Part shown: positions 11,037 through 24,235 of the stretch, one piece after another
Position numbering within the stretch: the first letter of the stretch is position 1
How the letters are laid out: the number at the start of each line of letters is the position of its first letter
Assembly (NCBI GenBank): GCA_035221665.1
Contig: CM069135.1
Coordinates: 37,634,001 to 37,698,000 of the forward strand
Direction: 5' to 3'
Length of the DNA stretch: 64,000 nucleotides
DNA from: Okamejei kenojei
Taxonomy: Eukaryota
Position numbers and translations under genes: made by a program
Notes under the pieces: generated by a model
Databases searched by the model: none
Told to the model about the DNA's origin: nothing
What the model saw: only the letters and a program-made list of their open reading frames with translations

Positions 11037-12020
11037 TCAAGTACAAGAGTCAAGAGTGTTTTATTGTCATGTGTTCCAGATAGGACAATGAAATTCTTAC
11101 TTGCTGCAGCAAAACAGAATATGTAAACATAGTACATAACGGGAGAAATAAAAAAGTTCAGTGTGTGTACATGCACACATACTTATATGCACACATGCAC
11201 ACATACTCAATAAATAAACAAATATAGTGCAATAATAATAATAGTCTGTTGTAGTCCCGAGCTTATTTGGTGTCGTGTTTAATAGCCTGATGGCTGTAGG
11301 GAAGAAGCTGTTCCTGAACCTGGACGTTACAGTTTTCAGGCTCCTGTACCTTCGTCCCGATGGCAATGGTGAAATGAGTGTGCGGCCAGGATGGTGTGGG
11401 TCTTTGATGATGTTGACTGCCTTTTTGAGGCAGCAACTTCGATAGATCCCTTCAATGGTGGGGAGGTCAAAGCCGGTGATGGACTGGGCAGTGTTCGCAA
11501 CTTTTTGCATTCTTTCCCGCTCCTTGATGTTCAAGTTGCCGAACCAGGCCACGATGCAACCAGTCAGTATACTCTCTACTGTGCACCTGTAGAAGTTCAG
11601 GAGAATCCTCTTTGACATACCGAATCTCCGTAATCTTCTCCGGAAGTAGAGGCGCTGATGTGCCTACTTTTAAAATTGCATCAGTGTGCTGGGTTCAGGA
11701 AACATCTTCAGAAATACACACCCCTAGGAATTTGAAGTTTTTGGCCCTCTCCACCATCATCCCATTGATATAAACCGGATTGTGGGTCCTCATCCTCCCC
11801 CTTCCAAAGTTCACAATCAGTTCCCTGGTTTTACTGATGTTGAGAGCCAGATTGTTGAGGGGGTGGGAGATTGCAACCTTCACGTGTTTCGACAAATGCA
11901 ATCAACCCGTCATGCACAATCAAATAAGATCAAATAGAACAAGTTGTCCGACAACTTTAGGCTGTGCACGCCATACGAAAGAAGTAGAAGATTGTTGAGT
12001 TGGCACCATTTGGACAACTG
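11037..12020 (-). mobile_element. Rex1-type LINE, 5'-truncated, interrupted at 11860-11988
   Basis: ORFs 11097-11618 and 11695-11901 (LALNISKTRELIV, FYRCTVESIL, SFFPTAIRLLN); (CTTGA)-type tail. Confidence 0.9.
11860..11988 (+). mobile_element. 129-bp non-autonomous retroposon (Ingi/Vingi-like ends)
   Basis: 11-bp TSD AGATTGTTGAG (11849-11859 and 11989-11999); G-rich 5' end; 3' CCATACG followed by a (GAA)-like tail. The insertion is clear, the family is inferred. Confidence 0.75.
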
Positions 12021-15000
12021 GTAGGGAAAGAGAAAAATACCAGAGTGCACACTATAATGTATTATAGAATGACATTTCCAAAGAGAGTGCAGATTAACAA
12101 AATGGAAGGTATGTAGTGAGATACGCTGGGAGAGCAGAACTACACACTATGGTATGGGAGATTAATTCAGTATTCTGACAACAGCAGGGATGAAGATGTT
12201 CTTGAATCTGGTGGTATGCGCTTTCAAGCTTTTGTATCTTCTGCCTGACAAGAAAGGGCAAAAGGGGGAATGATTTCAATGAAAATGATCCGTGATTATG
12301 TTGCCTGCTTTCCCAAGCATGAAAAGTAGTTGGAGTTGATTGGGTGCGGCGGTGATGTGGGGAGGGTTGGCATTCATCCTTCTTACTCTGACTAAAAACC
12401 CTGACTAAAACTGCATGATATCTGTGCATGTGATTTAATGCAGAAATTCTAACTCTTGTAATTTAGCATTCCTTTTATACAGTCAAGGGAAATCACATGA
12501 ACTTTGTGAATTTAAGCTATAGTAATGTATCGTGAAAATCATTGCTTGGAACTTCCATACATGATGTTTTATAACAGCATTAACTAATTGAAATCAATTT
12601 TCCAGATTGAAACACAGTAGCTAATTTCCAGTTCATTTCACTTGACTTAAATGGGCATTTCCTCGCATTAGTCACCCTTGAGCACTGCTAATATTTCCAT
12701 GTCAGTTATGCATGGGTTGATGTCATTCATACCTTTTGGATTATACGCATCCCAGATTAATTTTGTATAAACTTCCCTAGAAAGTTCCTTTTGGAGAAAA
12801 CATGAATGGCAACTGCATTCTATGTGAATCCTCTGGCATTGATCTACACTTGCAGCATGTAGTTAGTGTTAGATAAACAAATTTCACATTTTCCAGCACT
12901 TCTTTATGACTCAATAACTTTCTCTGTGTACTCTGTGTTGCTTGGGTAGGTGAGGAATACAAGCAAGACAGTATGGCAACAAGGAAACCCCCAATCACCA
13001 ACTGTCCCCAAACCCTAATCAGTTCTACTTGGCGTTTATCATTATCTCTGATTGTTTCAAACCTCTACCATTCACCTGGTACCTTTAGGCCCATTGCATT
13101 AAATCTTTCCCCCACTCCTTTCCAATGTAAGCCTTGAGCAATGGGCCCTAAGCCTTATGTGCAATTGGATTTTGCAGCTGAGGGCCCACAACCGAAACAG
13201 CTGCTGACAGTTGGTGCCGGTCCAGCACATTTACACACTCGTGAGGGTGTAACAGAATTTCCATGCACTTATATTTTATTGCATGAGGTGTAAGTGAGTT
13301 TTTTTGATGACATCGTAATCATCAATTGCTGCTCAGCAGATGGCGTGTTTCTAAAAAGGTACAGACATTTTAACACATGATGGTGCTACCGTTAGCATTG
13401 TTACTCGCATTACAGCTTGACCTTGGATGCTTTCACTGTGGAGTTTGAAGGTTCTCATAGCCATGTGGATTTTTATCAAGCACTAGGATATCCTCCTACA
13501 TTCCAAATATGAGTTGGTAGGTTATTTAGCAAATTACCCTTGGTTTAGCTACAGTAAGTGGCAAAAAAGAGGAAGTTGCTAGACACGTGAAAGAGAGCAA
13601 ATTGCAGGATTATTGGGAAATAAGAAGGGGGATGTGACTGGTAGATTCCTCAATGGGGAGCTGATGGGCTGATGTATCTCCTTATGTATCGCTATGCAAG
13701 TACGATTTGATATATTGTGTATTCCATCTTCATTGAAGTGCATGTTCCTGTTTGGATGCTTCAATCCCTGTGAACTGACACACGCAGCGGCAGGTGTCGG
13801 AAAAGATTACGCCTCACCACAGAGATTGGTAGATTGTTGTGGGGAATCTTTCTTGAGGTCAGTGGTGCGTGCAGACGCCTTGCTGCTGAAACCAATGTGT
13901 TATTTGTATTGCACTACAGTCTATTCTGGCTGCTTGAAACTAAGGAAACAATGATTTCCTACTCTCCAAGGTTATTTTTTTATAGTTAGTCCTAGATCCG
14001 GCAACACTATTGCTGCCATATATGTTAATTATGTCAGCGGTTTGCCTTGTAAATATGTTTTTTATCATGTTATGTTCAATTACCTTTCACATGTTAATTA
14101 ATTAATGAATTTTGAGCTAAAAAGGAATTCATATTTTATAGAACAAACATTATGTTCAAAATTGTGACTTATTCCAGTAAGAACTACAGAGGACTTAAAG
14201 CATCTATAAATAATGCATTTGAATCAGGCAACTCATGCATAATGTTTGTAACTAAAGCAGTCCTTCCACTGATTCACTTCATAAAATGTGCAAGGTGCCT
14301 CAATGGAAATGTAATAATTTCACATCTTAATTTTAAATCTTAACATATTCACATGACTACTTTGGATTTGTGCTTGTCATTAAACTCGAAAGGATCACAG
14401 CAATCTGGAAGCAAGGTTTGGATTGTTAAACTGCAATAGGTAAGAAAGTTACAAATCAGGTTAAGGTTACAGGATTCTAATTACCTGCTCAGCCACACTG
14501 CCATCCCATGAGTCCTGCCTTCTATTTATACATGTTTCAAGAGGTCTGAATGCTATTTTCGCTTCCATACTGCTGCCATTGTTGTAATATTACTCACTTA
14601 CTCACAGTTTTCTTCCATACACCATACGTACCAAGCAGTATTGTGAAAAAGAATGCTATTTAAATATTCTGTGCTATACAAATATAACTTTCAATTCTTC
14701 TGCTTGTTCTCTATTAATCTCCTATTTAATCCTTTCTCTTCTAATATAAAATATGTTGGAAATCTTAAGTAAAAGCTGAAGATGAGGTGTATATGAACTG
14801 GGTTAGAAACAGGAGCAACCTATTTGGGCCTTTATGCCAGCTTCTCCATACACGGCCACACACTCTTTTACTATGTGCCACTCAATGCTCTAATCACACA
14901 TTCCTTTATCCCCTTAATATCAAAAAAAAAATATTGATCTCTGTCTTGAATTTACTCAGTGACCGAGTTTCCACATCCCTCTTGGGCAGTGAATCCCAAA

Positions 15001-15359
15001 GATTAATTGATCTTTAAGTGTAGAAATCTATTCTCACCTCTGTCCTGACTGCTCAACCTCTTATTTTGAGACTGTGATCTCTGATTCCAGACTTCCCACC
15101 CAGAGAAACATAATTTCTACATCTACTCTGTCAAGTCCTGTGAGAATTTTGTATGATTCGATCACGTCTCATACCTCTAAACCCAAGACAGAACATGTCA
15201 TTACATGGATAGGATACGTTTAGCGGGATGTTGGTCAAGTGCAGGCAAATGGGACTAGATGAATGGGATACCTTGGTTAGCATGGACAATTTGGGCCGAA
15301 GGACCTGATTCCTTGCTGCATGACTCTACAACTCTATATCTTCTGCAGATTGATTCCAG

Positions 15360-16770
15360 GGATGGAAGTTACCCTTTAGGTTCCTGTTAAAACTTTCCCT
15401 TTCACTTTAAACCTTTCCTATCATGTGCTTGATTCCCCAACCCTGGGGAAAAAGACTGTGCACATTCACCCTCTCTATGGCTGTCATGATTTTATATGCC
15501 TCTATAACGTCGTCGCTCAGCCTCCTACACGCGAAGAAATACACTCCTAGCATATACAACCTCTCCCTACAACTCAGTCCCTCGAGTCCTGGCAACATCC
15601 TATCAAATCTTTTCTGCACTCTTTCCAGCTTAATGGGAATGCTCCTACAGCAGGGTGACCAAAAATAAATAGAATACTTCAAATGTGTCTTCTCTAACCT
15701 CTTACACAAATGTCGTGGTTTGGTTCGGCAACTTGAGCGCCCAGGAGCGGAAAAGACTACAAAAAGTAGTAAACACTGCCCAGTCAATCATCGGCTCTGA
15801 CCTCCCTACCATCGAGGGGATCTATCACAGTCGCTGCCTCAAAAAGGCTGGCGGCATCATCAAGGACCCACACCATCTTGGCCACACACTCATCTCCCCG
15901 CTATCTTCAGGTAGAAGGTACAGGAGCCTGAAGACTGCAACATCCAGGTTCAGAAATAGCCACTTCCCCACAGCCATCAGGCTATTAAACTCAACTGAAA
16001 CAAATCTCTGAACATTAATAGACCATTATCTGTTTATTTGCACTTTATCTGCATATTTATTGATGTGTGTGTATATATTTATATAATGGTATATGGACTC
16101 ACTGATATGTTCTGTTTTCATGCCTACTATATTCTGTTGTGTTGAAGCAAAGCAAGAATTTCATTGTCCTATCTGGGACACATAACAATAAACTCTCTTG
16201 ACTTGAGCATAACATCCCAACCTCTATACTCAATGCCCCCACTGATAAAAGGCAGCTTGGCAAAAGCCTTCTTCAATACCTTGCCCATCTGTAATGCTAC
16301 TTTCAGTGAACTAAGTATTGCAGTTCTATGTCCCTCTGTTCTACAACACTCCCCAGGGCCCTGCCTTTTCATTGTAATTATACCCTGCTTTGATTTCCCA
16401 AAATGTAACTCCTAATACATCTGAATTAAATTCCACTTGCTATTTCTCAGCCCATTTAACCCGCTAAATCAAGATACACTGCAATTCTTGACAAACTCCT
16501 TCATTATCCGGAATACCACCTATTTCAGTATTAGCTGTAAATTTGTTAACTGTGCCTTGTACATTATTATCATTTTTTTAAATATAGATGACAAACACCA
16601 ATGTGCCCAGCACCGACCGCTGAGTCACACCACCAGTCACAGGTTTCCAATTCAAAAAATAACTTTCCACTATCACCCTCTGCTTCCCACCATCAGGCCA
16701 ATTATGTATCCAATTAGCCACTTCTCCCTGAGTCACATGTGATCTGACCTTCCAGAGTAACCAACAGCAC
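15360..16770 (-). mobile_element. Old CR1 LINE fragment, split by a Rex1 insertion
   Basis: ORFs with LERVQKRF..LPGLEGLS.RERL and KKAFAKLPFISGGIEYRGWDVML on either side of the insert. Confidence 0.8.
15713..16205 (+). mobile_element. Rex1-type LINE 3' end nested in CR1
   Basis: WFGNLSAQERKRLQKVVNTAQ..AIRLLN; near-identical to 20290-20780; CTTGA tail. Confidence 0.9.
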
Positions 16771-18791
16771 AGAACTTTTCAACAGGATCAAGTTTTTGAC
16801 CAACATGGGTTTCTTCACATAATTGAATGAGTGTTGACAAAGATCAACAACACTTGGCCATCGTTATGCATAAATTGCTTTACTTCCACACAGGGTTACT
16901 TCATGTCTTCATTCATTTTCTCGGCTACAATGGGTAAACTATTACAAGGAGTGAAGCATAGCAGGTAACTGATTGCCAAGAGTACAAAAGTAAAAATACC
17001 ATGATTATGGAAGAGGTATTTAGGGGATTACATGATCAACATCTGAACTTAAAGCAAAGCAAATCCATATTTTTTGCAATGGGAGGTAATGACAATTAGT
17101 TTGAGGTTTGTTGCAATGATCCACGGACTGTGAAAGATAAAGTAGAGGTCATGGACAGTATATCGAGCCTCAAAATAGAGCAAAGCTAAGGTAATTCCTT
17201 GGGATAATGCTATATGAGGCAATCTGGGAGAAAATTCCTCCCAGATCTGTACTGTTGTTCAGTCCATTGCTTCACTTGCAGAAGAAGGATGTAAAATGGA
17301 TGTTAACAGATTCATGAAATGAATCGGCTCCAAACCTACTGTCCTTCCTTTGTATCAGCCAGTTTCAAATTGAGCAGCTAAGACGTCATTCAGACTAGGT
17401 GAGGAAGCTCTCTTGATAATGTTTGTTGGGGTTTTGAGAATTCCGATCACACCATTACTTAGCCAATTTCTTGCTGAGGTACAAAGCAAATTCAGAATGC
17501 TGCCACTTAATATCAATAAGTTATCTTTGTGATCAATAATACGCTTGAGTTTGATTCACCCAAATTTAGTTTCTAATGTGTGCAGAAGCAGTTGAATCAA
17601 AATAGTCAGAAATTACACTAATCAGAAAGAATGCAGTTTCAAAATAAAATGAGTGTTTTTTTCCATTCTTGGCTCACCTGCCAGGTCAAGCTTACACAAG
17701 TGGAAACAAGGAAACACAAAAATCCAGAGCAAATCCGTCCAGATTTGGTTTATCATCAAAAACTGTAAGATCAGGAAGACTCCAAAAAACAATTTCGAAA
17801 CCAGCCTTCATAGTTGTTATTTATTGAAAAATAAACTTAAGTCTATACATGGTATTCTCTTTGTAACCATACGTGTGCTTATACTTTGATATGTGTGTAT
17901 CTCTCCAAAGTACTACAACGTCACGGACATTTGCTGCTTGACAGGTTAAAGTCTGAACATGAACATAGTTTGTGTGCTGCCTTGCAAATAAATCACAACC
18001 TCATTTGCTATAAAAAGCTATGTCTCAATGCATGTGTGAAGATATTTTACCCTTCTATTCTACTTCCCAACACATCAAGGCTTCCTGTGTGCTACTAGAA
18101 CACAATAGTCAGCCATTGTTCTGAATTCTTTGTTGTTCCAGGTGACCGGAACATCTCCAGCAGTCACAATGCACTTTTAAGCACAGTAGACTAGGTTTAA
18201 GTCGCGCAAAGAAGTTACTATTTTTGAGCAGCCTGCTGATGTGCATAATTAAAGAGCAATTCAATTAGCATCAGCTGCAACGAGTCATTGTGATAATGAG
18301 CAGAAAACCAAAAGTTCCCAAATTGTCTGAGTTGCATTAAATTTGCAGTCTGGCTGAAAACTTGCTATGTGGATCTTGTAACTACAGCTTTAGACTGATA
18401 TTTATAGCAAAAACATCCAGGCACGTGATGCTGAGAAAATGAAACAAGAAACCGTAAAGATAGGCTTGAGAAGAAGGCTGACTATTATTAAAGGCAATTC
18501 TGCAAATGATCCTAAAATAAATCCGAGAATGCCTCCACTAATTAATTTCTGATAGTTATGAACCTGACTCATTTTTATCATTAATACTTTAAAAAAGTCA
18601 CCAGTTTTGGATAACCAACTTCATACTAATATTTTATGGTAAAATCATTCTTTTGGTTTCAATAAGATGGCAGCAAAAATGTGTTTTTTTTTTAATTTGG
18701 TTATTCCTGTGAATAAAAATATCTCTTTAAATGCTCACCTTTTGATTACATGCCACCATATTTGGCCTATGCTTAACAATTGTGAGATGAA

Positions 18792-19609
18792 TGGGCCTGT
18801 CCCACTTAGGCGATTTTTCAGCGGACTGCCACGACTGTCAAGTTGCCTGCAGTCGCCTGAAAAACCGGGAACTGGAACAGCGACTGTCAGAGAAAAACCG
18901 GGAACTGGAACAGCGACTGTCAGAGAAAACCGGGAACTGGAACAGCGACTGTCAGCGCTCCCCCTGCTTGCCCTGTCTAAAAAATTCACACTGTCCAAAG
19001 CCAACGTGATACAGATGCACATCGCGATGAACAGGAAGGTTGGTTCTGTAAAATGACGGATAAAGCACAGTGTACGGTAGTCCTTGGTGGGGGGGGGGGG
19101 GGGGGGGGGTGGGGGGGGGGGGGGGGGGGGGGGGGGGAGGAGAAGTGGGAGAAGGAGTGGAGACAACTTTTAAGAAGCCAGAGATACACGGCAGTGAAGC
19201 TCGGTGGACATTTAACATTACCGGTCAGTTATCCTAGGTTCTGAAAACTACTGCTTTTTACCTTTTTTTTCCCCAATGAGCCAATGGAATTCACCGGTCA
19301 GCACCGGCTACAACCTACGAGAACCTTCGACCTCCTGGCAACCCACTAGGACCTCCTGGCGACCCACCTATGTTTCGGGAATTCTCGCTACTCTCCATGG
19401 CGGCTTCATTCTAGTCGCCGCTAATTTTTACACATGTTGAAAAATTCACGGCGACCATAATGAGGCCGCGACTAGTTCCCAGAATGCGGGAACTACTCAC
19501 GACCGTGAAGGCGACTCCCCGGCAACTACCCGTGAACATGTGACGACCATGTGGCGACTGCATAGTCTCCTGCAGTCGCCTAAAAAGTCACCTAAATGGG
19601 ACAGGCCCA
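18792..19609. mobile_element. PIF/Harbinger-type MITE with internal 33-bp tandem repeat (about 3 copies, 18860-18955) and poly-G
   Basis: TIRs TGGGCCTGTCCCACTTAGGCGA / TCACCTAAATGGGACAGGCCCA; flanks GAA / TTA (imperfect TWA TSD). Confidence 0.8.
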
Positions 19610-19825
19610 TTACACAATCAAAAATTAAACATACAGGGGGCGTTTATTGTTACTCAAAAAAGCAATCAAAATGTGTTATGGAAGGTTTATTTTCATTGAT
19701 TTTGAGGTTTGGGTAACAATGGTCAGACCAGCATTGATTGCTCATCCCAAATTGCCGTTCAACTTTACAGCTTGCTAGTTCATTTATAAATCAACCACAC
19801 AAGATGCATCTGGAGTCACATATAG

Positions 19826-20785
19826 ACCCTGCTGTACTCACTCTATACTCATGACTGCGTAGCCGATCATAGTGCGAACTCCATCATCAAGTTCACTGAC
19901 GACACCACTGTTGTGGGACGCATCACTGATGGGAACGAGTCAGAGTATAGAAGTGAGATCGACCGACTGACCAAATGGTGCCAGTACAATAACCTGGCCC
20001 TCAACACCAGCAAAACCAAGGAACTGATTGTGGACTTTAGAAGGGGTAGGATGGGGACCCACAGTCCCATTTATATCAATGGGTCGATGGTGGAGAGGAT
20101 CAAGAGCTTCAAATTCCTGAGCGTGCATATTTCTGAAGATCTCTCCTGGTCAGAGAACACTGATGCAATTATTAAGAAAGCACATCAGCGTCTCTACTTC
20201 CTGAGAAGATTACGGAGAGTTGGTATGTCAAGGAGGACTCTCTCTAACTTCTACAGGTGCACAGTAGAGAGCTTGCTGACCAGTTGCATCGTGGCTTGGT
20301 TCTGCAACTTGAGCGCCCAGGAGCAGAAAAGACTACAAAAAGTAGTAAACACTGCCCAGTCCATCATCGGCTCTGGCCTCCCTACCATCGAGGGGAGCTA
20401 TCACAGTCGCTGCCTCAAAAAGGCTGGCAGCATCATCAAGGACCCACAATATCCTGGCCACACACTCATCTCCCCGCTACTTTCAGGTAGAAGGTACAGG
20501 AGCCTGAAGACTGCAACATCCAGGTTCAGAAATAACCACTTCCCCACAGCCATCAGGCTATTAAACTCAACTGAAACAAATCTCTGAACATTAATAGACC
20601 ATTATCTGTTTATTTGCACTTTATCTGCTTATTTATTGATGTGTGTATATATTTATATAATGGTATATGGACTCACTGATATGTTCTGTATTCGTGCCTA
20701 CTATATTCTGTTGTGCTGAAGCAAAGCAAGAATTTCATTGCCCTATCTGGGACACTTGACAATAAACTCTCTTGACTTGACTTGA
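19826..20785 (+). mobile_element. Rex1-type LINE, 5'-truncated (RT C-terminal part)
   Basis: IIKFTDDTTVVG, ORF 19913-20587 (KKAHQRLYFLRRL), (CTTGA)n tail. Confidence 0.92.
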
Positions 20786-21928
20786 CCACGCCAAATAAGA
20801 ACGGCAGGTTTCATGAAGCAGATTTTAAAAATATAACACCAGTTTTTTGGTCATTATCATTTTTAAGACCGCAATCAAATTTGGCATCTACTATGGTGTG
20901 ATGCTATCTCAGAACTTATAGACTTAACCACGGCATCTCCAACACAGCTACTAATTGTGGAAACATGGGGAGCTATAAAGAAATTTGACAGGAAAAAGTG
21001 GAGGATGTGGGAAGTGGATAAAATACCTAGAAATTTGATGTTTTAAATGTCTGCTGAAAGTACATTGAAATAGATCAAAGCATAAGACAAGGGATGTTTG
21101 AAAACTATGAGAAAGGAATTATGCGTTGAGATGTCATTAATCAAAGGAAGGAGCTTTTACACAAAATTGAATAACTTTAGCAGAAAACCTGCCCTTTGAT
21201 GCCTTCTCATGGCAGAGCAAAGAATGTTGAAAATGGAAAAGTCCTTCTTAACTAAATAGGAGACACACGCGAGTCGAGAAAAACAGGCTGTAAACATAAT
21301 GGAAAAAATGAAGCAATGTAGAGAAAAGAATACAACTATTGGAAAAATGCAAGATGCAAAAATTCTAATTGTAAATAGGTTGTACATATTAAATGCAATC
21401 ACAAAATATTTTGAATAGTGACAATTTTGCAAAAATACACATTTATAAATTACCGTTTATTAATCCTGTTCATTTGATCATTTTTTTGGTCATGGATAAA
21501 CATTATTAAGTCGTTTCATAACATTCTGTGACCTTTAAACCTTTAATAAAGATAGGGGGGATTCTTCAGAGATGATGACTGACCCACTGAGTTACTCCAG
21601 CACTTTGTGTCTTTTTTTGTAAACAAGTGTCCGCAGTTCTTTCTTTCTCAATGATTCTCGTGTTTAACTCACAAAATTTGTTGCGTAAATCACAAAGTGC
21701 TGGAATAACTCAGCAGGTGAGGCAACATCAGTGAAATGAATGGATAGGCGATGTTTAGGGTTGGGACCTGTCTGACCTACTGAGTTACTCCAGCACCTTA
21801 TGTTTTACTCAAGATTGGTCTCTTGGATAAGGGGGAAAGAGCTCAAGACATTATTTTGAAAAAGAATATGTGATTTATCCCCAATGCCCTTGTCAATATT
21901 CATCCTAAGAGACAGATTAGTGGAACAA

Positions 21929-22430
21929 TTCTTGCTATTGAGGGAGTGCAGCGTAGGTTCACAAGGTTAATTCCTGGGATGGCGGGACTGTCATATACTG
22001 AGAGAATGTATACTCTGGAATTTAGAAGGATGAGAGGGGATATTGAAACATACAAGATTATTAAGGGTTTGGACACGCTAGAGGCAGGAAACATGTTCCC
22101 GATGTTGGGGGAGTCCAGAACCAGGGGCCACAGTTTAAGAATAAGGAGTGGGTCATATAGAACAGAGATGAGGAAACACTTTTTCACACGGAGAATTATG
22201 AGTCTGTGGAATTCTCTGCCTAAGAAGGCGGTGGAGGTCGGTTCTCTGGGTACTTTCAAGAGAGAGCTAGATAGGGGTCTTAAAGATAGCGGAGTCAGGG
22301 GATATGGGGAGAATGCAGGAATGGGGCACTGATTGTGGATGATCAGCCATGATCACATTGAATGGCGGTGCTGGCTCGAAGGGCCGAATGGTCTACTCCT
22401 GCAGCTATTGTCTATTGTCTATTGTCTATT
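21929..22430 (+). mobile_element. CR1 LINE 3' end
   Basis: QRRFTRLIPG..RTRGHSL..LWNSLP; (CTATTGT)n tail; possible TSD AACAA. Confidence 0.9.
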
Positions 22431-22469
22431 AACAACTCAGTATCAGAATGTTTTTTGTGAAAGTTTATT

Positions 22470-23210
22470 GTGCCTGGTCCATCACAGGTACTGACATTCC
22501 CAAAATTGAAAGGATCTATAGAAGATTCTGCCTCAAAAAGGCAGCCAATATCATCAATGATGCAATTCACCCTGGTCATGCTCTAATTTCACTCCTACTA
22601 TTGGGACGAAAGTATAGAAACATGTAAACGGTGACCATCAGGCCCAAGCAGTTACGGTGGCGCAGCGGTAGAGTTGCTGCCTTACAGCAAATGCAGCGGC
22701 AGAGACCCGAGTTCAATCCCAACTGTTTGTACAGAGTTTGTGCGTTCTCCCCGTGTCCTGCATTGGTTTTCTCCAAGATCTTCATTTTCCTGCCACACTC
22801 CAAAGACGTACAGGTTTGTAGGTTAATTGGCTTGGTAAATGTAAAAATTGTCCCTAGTGGGTGTAGGATAGTATTAATATGCAGGGATCGCTGGTCAGCG
22901 CAGACCAGTGGGCCGAAGGGCCTGTTTTCATGCTGTATCTCTAAAACTAAAAGTAAAACTAAAAATAGCTTCTTCCCCACAATTATCAGGCTCTTGAACA
23001 CTGCATAATACTAACCTCAGCAACTATGACCTTCTATGCGCTGTCTTTGGTTGCATGAAGGACTTTGTTTTTATTTTACACTAGCATGACAGTTATTATA
23101 TACTGAATTTAAAAATATATATACTTTTCTGTGTGTATCGCGTTTACGGGACTGTTAAGCTGCTGTATGTAAAAATTGTCATTGTCGGAATTAAACACTC
23201 TTGACTTGAC
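22470..23210 (+). mobile_element. Older Rex1 3' end interrupted by a SINE
   Basis: CLKKAANII..NSFFPTIIRLLN; CTTGA tail. Confidence 0.75.
22649..22963 (+). mobile_element. tRNA-derived SINE (HE1/V-SINE type) with CR1-like tail
   Basis: A box TGGCGCAGCGG, B box GAGTTCAATCC, core gagtttgtgcgttctccccgtg..ccacactccaaagac, 3' gggccgaagggcctgttt..ctgta followed by (CTAAAA)n. Confidence 0.85.
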
Positions 23211-23692
23211 TATGTGTAATTTTTCAATCAGGAAACAGATTTATTCAATTTACAAAAGTGTAAAGTTTTGAGAAATGCACTTGGAATTCCCTCACATTTA
23301 TATAAAAGAATCATTCTCCTGCAGATGCACTAGTTTTCAGCCCATTTTTTTCTCTATTTCTACTTTGTCTTTTACCTATGTTAAAGTTTGTGAGGTTTCA
23401 GACATTGGCTTATTTTTAGATTTTTTTTTACCATTTTTACTTTGTCCACTTCCTCCACCGTGAAAGCAGAAACTTTCATATGTCACACATAACCTGCAAC
23501 CAACTTTAACACTACACATTGTATTCCTTTTTCTTCCTTTCTCAACAAAACTTCAACTATTAGGATTGCTATCCTTTGCAAGCAATGCCTCAACACTTTC
23601 TTTCTATCACTTATATCTTTCTTTATATAACTTTTTATATATTATCACAGCTTGTTGGATTTCTCCTTTATCTTGCTTTTTTTCTTTTAGTG

Positions 23693-24235
23693 TCATAGAG
23701 CGAGTTATGGAGTGATACAATGTGGAAACAGGTCCTTCGGCCCAACTTGCCCTCACCGGCCAACATGTCCCAGCTACACTAGTCCCACCTGCCTGCATTT
23801 GGTCCATATCCCTCCAAACATGTCGGATCCATGTACATGTCTAACTGCTTTTTAAATTTTGGCATAGTCACAGCTTCAACACCTGCTTTGGCAGCTTGTT
23901 CCATACACCCACCACCCTTTGTGTGAAAATGTTATCCCTCAGATTCCTATTAAATCTTTTCCCCTTCACCTTAAACCTATGTCCTCTGGTCCTCGATTCA
24001 CCTACTCTGGGCAAGGGATTCTGTGCATCTACCCAATCTATTCCTCTCATGATTTTATACACCTCTATAAGATCACTCCTCATCCTCTAGCCTTCTAAGG
24101 AACAGTCACAGCCTACTCAACCTCTCCCAAAAGGCCAGACCCTCTAGTCCTGGCAACATCCTCGTAAATCTTCTCTGTACCTTTTCCAGCTTGACAACAT
24201 CGTTTCTATAACATGGTGCCCAGTGCTGAACACGA
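23693..24235 (-). mobile_element. CR1 LINE 3' fragment
   Basis: DLIEVYKIMRG..RTRGHRFKV..VWNKLP. Confidence 0.85.

Noticed and set aside
18667-19244. Poly-Pro/poly-Gly and repeated-peptide ORFs; the 33-bp repeat as a possible array
   Set aside because: Products of a poly-G run and a spacer-less minisatellite within a MITE; not a gene or CRISPR array.
19913-20587. 224-aa ORF that could be annotated as a host gene
   Set aside because: It is the multicopy Rex1 LINE C-terminus with its tandem-repeat tail.
22649-22725. tRNA-like A/B boxes
   Set aside because: Head of a SINE, with no complete cloverleaf.
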